From contig JBFEXS010000019.1 in assembly GCA_041562555.1 (NCBI GenBank), forward strand, positions 1-26,057: a DNA stretch of 26,057 nucleotides, written 5' to 3'. The stretch is from Sulfurimonadaceae bacterium (GTDB lineage: Bacteria; Campylobacterota; Campylobacteria; Campylobacterales; Sulfurimonadaceae). The translations under genes and the position numbers were made by a program. The notes beneath the pieces were generated by a model. That model was not told the DNA's origin. It searched no databases and saw nothing but the letters and a program-made list of their open reading frames with translations. Shown piece after piece: positions 18,302-26,057 of the stretch (the stretch's first letter is position 1; every line of letters begins with the position of its first letter).

Positions 18302-19732
18302 TCATGATGAACATGATAGTTTTACATTTTGATAGATGGAAGGCGTAGGTCTGGCATAATGTTCAAAACCCGGGTGTTCATCAAAAGGGTTTTGCGCAAG
18401 CATCAATAAGTCGTTGACGAGACGATTATCTCCCTTTTCGGCTTCTTCGATCGCTTCTTGAAGAATGTAGTTTTTAAGTACATATTTTGGATTGATGGCA
18501 AGCATTTTTGTGTGACGGTTAATATCAGGATCACGTTGCAGACGTTTATCATAGTTGTCCAGCCATCGTGCCATGTCTTCGTGTGTCTCACAAAGCTCTA
18601 ACAGTTCTGTTTTATTTCCGTTATAATGGCTCAACCTGCGAAAGAATACGCTGTAGTCTACATGTTGTTCCCCTAAAACCTTAAGGAGCTGTTTGAGATC
18701 TGTTAGGTCACCCTCTTCTTGTGTGTTCAAGCCTAACTTGGCTCTCATCAACTGTAAATACTTTTGTGTAAAGATCTCTCCAAACTTCTCAAGCGCTTTT
18801 TCACTGCGTTCGCTATCTATGACCGGCGATAGGGCTCTAGCAAGCATGGAAAGGTTCCAGTAGGCGACAGGTGGTTGGTTTCTAAAGGAGTAGCGTCCTT
18901 CCTTGTCCGTATGGTTACAGATATAATCAAAGTCATAGGAATCCAGGAAGGCATATGGACCATAATCGATGGTCAATGAGGCAATTGACATATTGTCCGT
19001 ATTCATGACACCGTGGTTAAAGCCAACCGCCTGCCAATGTGCCAGAAGCTCGGCAGTACCTGTGACAACTTCTTCATACATCCGAAAATATGCATCTTCT
19101 TCGCCCTTGAGATGCGGGTAAGACTCATCAATAACATAATCGGCCAGGACCTCCAGTTTATCGTGCATATCCGCATAATAAAAATATTCAAAAGTTCCAA
19201 ATCTCACCCAAGATGGGGACATACGCAGGACGATTGCCCCTTTTTCAAAAGTTGCACGTGAAACTTTTTCTTCTGACCCAATAATAGCCAATGCACGAGT
19301 AGTCGGGACACCGAGTGCATACATCGCTTCGGACATGAGATATTCACGAATAGAGGAGCGCAACACAGCGCGTCCATCACCCTGACGCGAATAGAGAGTC
19401 TTTCCGGCTCCTTTCAACTGGAGGTTCCATCCCTTTGTCATACCCAGATTGATTGCTCGGCCATCTCCCAGTCGCGGCACAAAGTAGCCGAATTGATGTC
19501 CTGCATAACACATGCAGAACGGTTCAGATCCTTTGAGTAAATGACTTCCATTGATGAAAGGGACAAAGTCTTCACAATGGTCTTGATCCGGGTCTAAGTC
19601 TATGAGGGCAGCAGCCTGCCGGTTAAAACTGATCATATAGGGATTTTGTAATGGAGTCGGCATCGTTTTGTCATAGAAGATAGGATCCAAGTCCATATAG
19701 GGTGTGTTTAATGTTATATCTCGTAGTTTCAT
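18302..19732 (-). CDS. selO: Protein adenylyltransferase SelO/YdiU
   Basis: YAGHQFG, LGDGRA, QLKGAG.T.YSR.GDGRAVLRSSIRE, HGVMNTDN, IDYGP, C-terminal SCSS. Confidence 0.96.
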   Translation of the reverse strand: MKLRDITLNTPYMDLDPIFYDKTMPTPLQNPYMISFNRQAAALIDLDPDQDHCEDFVPFINGSHLLKGSEPFCMCYAGHQFGYFVPRLGDGRAINLGMTKGWNLQLKGAGKTLYSRQGDGRAVLRSSIREYLMSEAMYALGVPTTRALAIIGSEEKVSRATFEKGAIVLRMSPSWVRFGTFEYFYYADMHDKLEVLADYVIDESYPHLKGEEDAYFRMYEEVVTGTAELLAHWQAVGFNHGVMNTDNMSIASLTIDYGPYAFLDSYDFDYICNHTDKEGRYSFRNQPPVAYWNLSMLARALSPVIDSERSEKALEKFGEIFTQKYLQLMRAKLGLNTQEEGDLTDLKQLLKVLGEQHVDYSVFFRRLSHYNGNKTELLELCETHEDMARWLDNYDKRLQRDPDINRHTKMLAINPKYVLKNYILQEAIEEAEKGDNRLVNDLLMLAQNPFDEHPGFEHYARPTPSIYQNVKLSCSS

Positions 19733-19930
19733 AATCGAATTTTTACCGTCTTAGACTTAGATTCACGATCCTTGAAAAGATTAATGTGCAACTATAAGTC
19801 TGCTTGATGGTCTTATTCTCGGTTATAGAAGCAGTGTTACGGTTATCGGCTTCGTGCCTGTAAGAGGATGGTTAATATTTCATTAACCATTTATGTTTAA
19901 AATGATTAGATAAAATTTTAAAGGCATAAA

Positions 19931-20083
19931 ATGATTAAAGATATATTATTTGTTATTATGGTTTTAAGCATTACTTCTTACGCACATACATATAAAAATA
20001 AGATCATTGGTTTTATTGAGGTTTGTGAAGAAGAGGAGGAGGAATATCTCACTAGAGATGAAACACTCCTTACGCAAAGGTAA
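19931..20083 (+). CDS. Putative 50-aa exported peptide (not in ORF track)
   Basis: MIKDILFVIMVLSITSYAHTYKNKIIGFIEVCEEEEEEYLTRDETLLTQR; AAAGG upstream; signal-like N-terminus. Confidence 0.4.
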   Translation: MIKDILFVIMVLSITSYAHTYKNKIIGFIEVCEEEEEEYLTRDETLLTQR

Positions 20084-20088
20084 GGAGT
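20065..20088 (-). terminator. Hairpin downstream of typA
   Basis: ACTCCTTAC-gcaaag-GTAAGGAGT perfect 9-bp stem 6 nt after the typA stop; weak U-tail. Confidence 0.65.
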
Positions 20089-20094
20089 AAGGGA

Positions 20095-21897
20095 TTATGA
20101 GCGGCTAGCGCGTTTACGCTCATTTTCTGTCAGTAGACGCTTACGGATACGGACACTTTCAGGAGTAACTTCAAGCAACTCATCATCTTCGATCCACTCC
20201 AATGCCTTTTCAAGGTTCATATCACGCGGTGGTACAAGTTTAATTGCATCATCTGCACCGGATGAACGTACATTTGACTGAGCCTTACCTTTGATCGGAT
20301 TGACAGAGAGGTCATTCGAACGTGAATGCTCACCAATAATCATCCCCTCATAGACTTTATCCTGTGGTTTAATGAACATCCCACCACGATCTTGTAGGTT
20401 GAAGATAGAGTAAGCCATTGCCTCACCTTTCTCCGTAGAGATAAGTGCACCATATGGACGAGATTCAACTGTACCTGAATACGGTCTGAATTCAATGAAC
20501 GAGTGGTTCATAACACCCTCACCTTTTGTATCTGTCAGGAACTGACCACGGAAACCGATAAGACCACGTGCAGGGATCTCAAATTCGATACGCTGGAAAC
20601 CTTCACCCATCGGAAGCATGGACTTCATCTCGGCTTTACGCTTACCAAGACGCTCGATTACAGTACCACCTAAATCTTCAGGTACATCGATTACAAGGTG
20701 TTCGAAAGGCTCACATTTAACACCTTCGATCTCTTTAACGATGACTTCCGGACGAGAGATACCGAATTCAAAACCTTCACGTCTCATATTCTCAGCAAGT
20801 ACGGTGATTTGAAGTTCACCACGGCCACTGACCAGGAATTTACCTTCACCGATTCGCTCATATCTCATGGCAACGTTTGTTGTCATTTCAGCTTCAAGAC
20901 GCTCTTGAATCTTGTTTGAGGTTACAAACTTTCCTTCTTGTCCAGCCAGAGGAGAATCATTAACAGAGAAGGTAACAGTCAATGTAGGCTCTTCCACGTG
21001 CATTGGATCTAGTGGAACCGGATTGATTGGATCACAGATTGTATCTCCAACATCAACGGTTTCCATACCGGCGATTGCAACGATATCACCTGCTTCTGCT
21101 TCCTGGATCTCCATACGGTTAAGACCGTGGAAACCGATAAGTTTAGTGATCTTACCATTGACCATCTCACCGTCAGCCTTAGCCAGCTTGACTTGGTCAC
21201 CCTTTTTCATACGACCGTTGAAGATACGAGAGATACCGATCTTACCGACATAGTTGTCATAATCAAGAGTAAATACCTGAGCCTGAGCAGGATTGTCCGG
21301 AGAACCTTCCGGCTCCGGGACATCACTTAGGATCGTTTCGAAGATACACTCAAAGTTTCCGTCTTCATCAGCCATGTCAAGTTTAGCGATCCCATCACGG
21401 GCTGCGGCATAGATAACCGGGAAATCAAGTTGATCATCGGTCGCATCCATAGCACCGAAAAGGTCAAACATCTCATCAACAACACGATCCGGATCAGCAG
21501 AAGGTTTATCGATCTTGTTGATAACGACGATTGGCTTTTTACCAAGTGCCAACATCTTTTTAACAACGAACTTGGTTTGAGGCATAACACCCTCGTAAGC
21601 ATCTACAAGTACAAGAACACCATCTACCATCTTAAGTACACGCTCAACCTCACCACCGAAATCGGCGTGGCCCGGAGTATCGATAATATTGATTTTGTGG
21701 TCTTTGTAGCGAATCGCAGTGTTTTTAGAAAGAATAGTGATCCCACGCTCTTTTTCCAGTGCATTTGAGTCCATTGCTCTTTCATCATGCTGTTCGTGAT
21801 CACCAAAGGTTCCTGATTGTTCCAACAGACCATCAACAAGGGTTGTTTTACCGTGGTCAACGTGCGCTATAACAGCGATATTTCTGATTTTTTGCAT
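20095..21897 (-). CDS. typA: Translational GTPase TypA/BipA
   Basis: [57 protein letters not shown]. Confidence 0.98.
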   Translation of the reverse strand: MQKIRNIAVIAHVDHGKTTLVDGLLEQSGTFGDHEQHDERAMDSNALEKERGITILSKNTAIRYKDHKINIIDTPGHADFGGEVERVLKMVDGVLVLVDAYEGVMPQTKFVVKKMLALGKKPIVVINKIDKPSADPDRVVDEMFDLFGAMDATDDQLDFPVIYAAARDGIAKLDMADEDGNFECIFETILSDVPEPEGSPDNPAQAQVFTLDYDNYVGKIGISRIFNGRMKKGDQVKLAKADGEMVNGKITKLIGFHGLNRMEIQEAEAGDIVAIAGMETVDVGDTICDPINPVPLDPMHVEEPTLTVTFSVNDSPLAGQEGKFVTSNKIQERLEAEMTTNVAMRYERIGEGKFLVSGRGELQITVLAENMRREGFEFGISRPEVIVKEIEGVKCEPFEHLVIDVPEDLGGTVIERLGKRKAEMKSMLPMGEGFQRIEFEIPARGLIGFRGQFLTDTKGEGVMNHSFIEFRPYSGTVESRPYGALISTEKGEAMAYSIFNLQDRGGMFIKPQDKVYEGMIIGEHSRSNDLSVNPIKGKAQSNVRSSGADDAIKLVPPRDMNLEKALEWIEDDELLEVTPESVRIRKRLLTENERKRASRS

Positions 21898-22093
21898 TAC
21901 ATAGCTCCAGAGTTTTCTTCATAAAAAACGAGCATATTATGGGTCTATCGTATGCATTTGCTTATTTTTTTCTAAAGAAAAACTTCATTTAGTTAAGATT
22001 TTTGAAATTTTAGCAAAACTTTACTTTAACTTATCCCAAAAAAAATTTATTATATGTATAATGGGAAGTAAATTATAGTTTGTGGGGAATGCA

Positions 22094-23974
22094 ATGAAGG
22101 CAATAGGGATTCTGATCTTATTGACATGGAGTCTATTTGGTGCTGAGATAGATAGATCGCTTTTGTCGGAAGACAATGTCAGTGCCCGAATCAGTGAGAT
22201 ACGTCTATCACTTGCCAACGAGTCTTCAGCAGATGAACGTCGGCAAAATGAGATCAACATTCAAAAGCTGTTTCTCTCGAAAATAGAAGCCTTGGCACAC
22301 TCCCTTCCACAAACCTCACTAAAGCAATATCCATTTACCTCAGAAAGTTCTATAAGCCAGCATGAATTCATTGATTATTTTAATGCAGGCGCAGGTCAAC
22401 TGGAAAAGATGTTCACTTACGAAAAGAACATCGAACAACTAGGAAAACGTCTTCAGGCAATTGAGGATAATCTAGGTTCCATACCTCCTGGTGATACATC
22501 AGCTATCCTTCAGGGGCAACTGGAATACGCCTATTTCAAATGGAAGAAAAACCATAACCAGTATAAATATAAAGAGTATCATGATTTTCTTGACAAGGAA
22601 AAAAGCAGGTTTTTATATGCATTTGCAAATGTTAAATTAGATGTAGAGGCTTTGGATAAGCTCTCTACTTTACAAAATGTCCAACTTCAAAAACTGTATC
22701 AAAAAAAGGTCTATCTGGAGCTACGTCTAGAAAAAGAGACCATCTTGGCTGCAAGTAAGACGACGACGGACGAAACGGAAATACTCGATAATAAGAATTT
22801 GATCGGTCAGGTTTCGGAGGAAGATAAAACTTCCAGGTTTGAGTTTCTTCAGGATGAACTGCTTAACGTCAAGCAGAATATTTCTGAAAAGATTCAGGAG
22901 AAGACAGATACCTTTATCCTGCTACAACTGCATAATCTGAAGAGTCAGGATTTGGAACAATATATCATCGTCCGTGAAATGATGCAGAGTTTTGCACCGG
23001 ATCTAAGTGCCGAGGCAAAGACATTGTTCGATATCCAACTGAAGATGCTTGAATGGTTGAAATATGAAGAGATCGATGAGCTGACGACGATCATATATGA
23101 TTTCAAAGAGTGGGCTGAGAGAGCTTACGTTGACGGTATGGACTTTATGAATACACCACTCTTTTATAAAGATGAAAGAGCGATAGTCCTCTTAGACTTT
23201 ATCAAGATGTTCATAACCATCATTATCGGATTTTTAATTGCAGCATTTTATAAACGTCGTATAAACCTTGCCCAAAAACGTATAGGGTTTGTTCAAAAAC
23301 AGTCATTCAAGATCATAGGTAACATCGGTTATTACATTATTGTGCTTATCACCTTTGCGATATCATTGAATAACATCGGACTTGACCTCTCTTCTCTTTC
23401 GCTGGTAGCCGGAGCACTTTCAGTCGGTATCGGTTTTGGTTTAAAAGAGATCGTCGGTAATTTGGTCTCTGGACTTATTCTCATGATTGAACGCAGTGTT
23501 AAGATAGGTGATTTTGTCGAAATCGAAAATGGTGTTTCCGGAAATATTATTGATATACGTATGCGCTCGGTAACAGTGAGAACACCTGCGAATATTGATG
23601 TTATTGTTCCTAACTCTTCATTAGTACAGCGCAGTTTCATCAATTATACATTAGAAGAACCGATTCGCAGACTTGATATCCCGTTTATGATCGCTTACGG
23701 TGTCAAGTTTGAAGAGGTCAAAACGCTTATAATGACTGCTTTGGAGGAGAGTGATCTTGAGTATATTCGCAATTCCAAGGAATATCAGACAAAAATTATC
23801 ATGTCAGGAATGGATGAACGTGGTATCAACTGTAAACTCTTAGTTTATGTAAATACCTATGGTCCGGACGTACAATCACCATTTTTGATGCTTATATATA
23901 GGGTCTTACAGGATAATGTATTTCCTTTGCCTACTGCCCGCCTAAGTGTGTCTATGTCAGAAGGTCAACCTTAG
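22094..23974 (+). CDS. MscS-family mechanosensitive channel with long periplasmic N-terminus
   Basis: GALSVGIGFGLKEIVGNLVSGLIL..ERSVKIGD, I.MRS.T, IVPNS, NYT; signal-like start MKAIGILILL (track start 22082 also possible). Confidence 0.9.
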   Translation: MKAIGILILLTWSLFGAEIDRSLLSEDNVSARISEIRLSLANESSADERRQNEINIQKLFLSKIEALAHSLPQTSLKQYPFTSESSISQHEFIDYFNAGAGQLEKMFTYEKNIEQLGKRLQAIEDNLGSIPPGDTSAILQGQLEYAYFKWKKNHNQYKYKEYHDFLDKEKSRFLYAFANVKLDVEALDKLSTLQNVQLQKLYQKKVYLELRLEKETILAASKTTTDETEILDNKNLIGQVSEEDKTSRFEFLQDELLNVKQNISEKIQEKTDTFILLQLHNLKSQDLEQYIIVREMMQSFAPDLSAEAKTLFDIQLKMLEWLKYEEIDELTTIIYDFKEWAERAYVDGMDFMNTPLFYKDERAIVLLDFIKMFITIIIGFLIAAFYKRRINLAQKRIGFVQKQSFKIIGNIGYYIIVLITFAISLNNIGLDLSSLSLVAGALSVGIGFGLKEIVGNLVSGLILMIERSVKIGDFVEIENGVSGNIIDIRMRSVTVRTPANIDVIVPNSSLVQRSFINYTLEEPIRRLDIPFMIAYGVKFEEVKTLIMTALEESDLEYIRNSKEYQTKIIMSGMDERGINCKLLVYVNTYGPDVQSPFLMLIYRVLQDNVFPLPTARLSVSMSEGQP

Positions 23975-24219
23975 GGGTTAGTTCTAAAAACTAACTATTT
24001 CGTGTCAGACTTATTTTAGACTGAGAGATTTTTCTAAAAAGAACACCTAAAAATGGTAATTAACATTTTTTACCGGATTTTTTCTTGTTAGGTTTATCAT
24101 AAACTCACCAATCTTTTACGCCTTTTTATTTACAAAAAAATACTGATTTAATTATCTCTGTGTTTTATAACGACAAACATTTTACAATGTTTATCTATTT
24201 TTAGCATCAGGAGATTGAG

Positions 24220-24951
24220 ATGAAGTTTATGATTGTACTGTTTAGCTTGACGGGCTTACTGTTTTCTGAAGTGTTAACGATTTCGTTTTCCAGAAGTGCT
24301 TCTGAACCGTATGTGTTTATCGACAAAAGAGAACTTACGGGCGGTGTGTTAAAAGAGCTTATGGATGCACTTTCCAAAGAGAGTGGCATCAAGATGAAAT
24401 ATGTTCTTGTCTCCAAGCGTAATCAGGAAGAGGAGATGAAGCAGGGAAGTATTGACGGGTCGTGTCTTATCAGCCCCTCTGATTTCATTTCTCCCAATGA
24501 ACACCTATGGTCTGCACCCCTATACGAGGAGCAAGATGTTCTTATCGTTCGTAAGAGTGATGTGAACAAGCTGAATAATCTGAATGCTTTACGCGGACAC
24601 AAGGTAGGAACGATCTATGCCCGTAATTATCCTCGACTGTTACCATACTTTAAGCAGAAGAAAATCGAACGTGTTGAGAATAAAAAACTTTCTAACAATA
24701 TCAATCAACTCCGTTTTGGTATTATAGATGCGGTTGTAGATACAAAACTTGCGGTTGGGCATTGTATTCAAAAGAAGAATGTCGAAGACGATATAATCGT
24801 TTCTAACCAGGCCATTGACAGTCAACAATTGTTTTGTGCCTTTCGTAAAAACATGAATGTTTCACTGGATAAGATAAATGCGGCCCTGACGGATTTAAAA
24901 CAAAAAGGTGTTATTGATAAGATACTCAATAAATACAGAGCGAATTTGTAG
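24220..24951 (+). CDS. Periplasmic substrate-binding protein (family 3-like)
   Basis: Signal peptide; EPYVF...LTGG...ELM, L..LRG.KVGT, IDAVV, INAAL..LK..G.IDKIL.KY; RBS AGGAG. Confidence 0.85.
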   Translation: MKFMIVLFSLTGLLFSEVLTISFSRSASEPYVFIDKRELTGGVLKELMDALSKESGIKMKYVLVSKRNQEEEMKQGSIDGSCLISPSDFISPNEHLWSAPLYEEQDVLIVRKSDVNKLNNLNALRGHKVGTIYARNYPRLLPYFKQKKIERVENKKLSNNINQLRFGIIDAVVDTKLAVGHCIQKKNVEDDIIVSNQAIDSQQLFCAFRKNMNVSLDKINAALTDLKQKGVIDKILNKYRANL

Positions 24952-25006
24952 GCCACTTTATTCACATTATTATGTTTGATAATAGGCTCATACAAAGGAA
25001 AGCAAT

Positions 25007-25183
25007 ATGAAGAGTAATAAGACATTAAATGAGTCTGTAATCAAACATGCCCTGGAGAATGGATTGATTACTCCCAAAGAAGCACGTCACATGTTAAAAG
25101 TTTATTTGCACAAGTCGGATTTTACCCGTTTGCCTTATCAGAAAAACCCGATTGCGCAACACAGGTATAAACAACTGCATTAG
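25007..25183 (+). CDS. Putative 58-aa basic small protein (not in ORF track)
   Basis: MKSNKTLNESVIKHALENGLITPKEARHMLKVYLHKSDFTRLPYQKNPIAQHRYKQLH; strong RBS AAAGGA; -10-like GATAAT at about 24978-24983. Confidence 0.6.
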   Translation: MKSNKTLNESVIKHALENGLITPKEARHMLKVYLHKSDFTRLPYQKNPIAQHRYKQLH

Positions 25184-25351
25184 TATTTCACATTGAGTCC
25201 ACAAATTTTGTATATTCTCCCTAGGTAGGAATGAATATAGTTTAGTACGCATGCTATGTGGCGCAGACAGTAACGCATAGTTTATATTCATTTCTCAGTC
25301 TTTTACGACTATAATTACTGTATATTATTGCTCTTGACATAAAGGTTTCAT

Positions 25352-25771
25352 GTGAAAAGGATCATTGCCCTATTATTTTTTCTAAGCACGATAAGTTTTG
25401 CGATCACGGCGGAAGATGCCGCTTTTACCTTAGATTATCATGATCAGTTTGATGCTGCATTCAAGCAGGCGAAAGAAGAGAAGAAGCTTCTGATGCTGGT
25501 TCAGATCCAAAACCCGTGCCCCTATTGCGAAAAGTTCATGGAAAACACTCTGCCTGACCCCAAGGTAAAGGCCGCCCTTAACAATATGGTATTCGTGATC
25601 CTGGATAAATCCGGAAAGATGCCGGAGAAATATAGAACCGGTGTGACACCTTTGACTGTTTTTATTGATCCGAGCAAAGATGAGAGTGTTTGGGAAACGA
25701 TAGGCTATATCAAAGTAGATGCGTTCCTGGAAGATATCAAGGAAGCAAAAGCCGCAGTTGCTAAAGACTGA
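25352..25771 (+). CDS. Exported thioredoxin-like protein (SoxW-like)
   Basis: Signal peptide, CPYC active site, cis-Pro motif TP.TVF; GTG start with AAAGG. Confidence 0.85.
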   Translation: MKRIIALLFFLSTISFAITAEDAAFTLDYHDQFDAAFKQAKEEKKLLMLVQIQNPCPYCEKFMENTLPDPKVKAALNNMVFVILDKSGKMPEKYRTGVTPLTVFIDPSKDESVWETIGYIKVDAFLEDIKEAKAAVAKD

Positions 25772-26057
25772 AGTCGCTCTCTTCGTATTTAATCACTTCA
25801 GCACACAGATGCAGAGGTGAAGCCAAATACTCATCTGATCCAAAACCGATCTTTATTCCCTCTTCAGTAAAATCAAGATTTGCACCCTCTTGCATATCGA
25901 CTGCCCTTAAGGCGGAATCATCTAGCAGTTTTGCGTCACTAACACCGCTGCATTCGATACTCAGGTTCACCCAATCAAAGGCGCGGTTCTTGTCCTGTAC
26001 CGTAAGCGTTATTTTAAAGGCGGTAGGAGAGAGAATATCCAATGAGACAAGTTCTCC
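25761..26057 (-). CDS. Hypothetical protein, 5' end outside the window
   Basis: Frame stays open to the window edge (GELVSLDILSP...QDKNRAFDWVNL). Confidence 0.65.
   Translation of the reverse strand, partial: GELVSLDILSPTAFKITLTVQDKNRAFDWVNLSIECSGVSDAKLLDDSALRAVDMQEGANLDFTEEGIKIGFGSDEYLASPLHLCAEVIKYEESDFSL

Noticed and set aside
18280..18316. Selenocysteine readthrough at the selO TGA
   Set aside because: The redox position is already Cys (TGT) in SCSS, TGA falls at the normal C-terminus, and no SECIS-like hairpin is evident
25094..25291. 65-aa minus-strand track ORF
   Set aside because: No clear RBS and overlaps the better-supported + strand 58-aa ORF
1..26057. CRISPR arrays, IS elements, integron cassettes, tRNA/rRNA
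   Set aside because: No spaced direct repeats, transposase/integrase motifs, attC-like sites or cloverleafs seen by eye

Overview
Chromosomal core region next to the replication origin of a Campylobacterota (epsilonproteobacterial) genome, probably Sulfurimonas/Sulfuricurvum-like; this is inferred from the ruvC<>dnaA layout, TTATTCACA DnaA boxes and TGGAA-type sigma54 boxes. In order it holds: a dnaA missed by the ORF track (runs off the left edge), the oriC1 DnaA-box cluster, ruvC, a thyA-folA pair that looks gammaproteobacterial, two tandem Cys-rich lipoprotein paralogues ahead of a dGTPase-like gene, a sigma54-driven hook locus (fliK-flgD-short flgE, then a long flgE with its own promoter and structured leader), a signal-peptide PD-(D/E)XK-like protein, LMW-PTP, DoxX-like, HDOD, thioesterase, methyltransferase, pcm, nitrilase-like, nrdB, TraB/GumN, selO, typA, a large MscS, an orphan substrate-binding protein and a thioredoxin-like protein. 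I saw no CRISPR array, IS, rRNA or tRNA. The best leads are two unannotated small ORFs (50 and 58 aa), three structured non-coding segments, the lipoprotein pair and the secreted nuclease-like protein. All family calls come from motif recognition by eye, not database searches.
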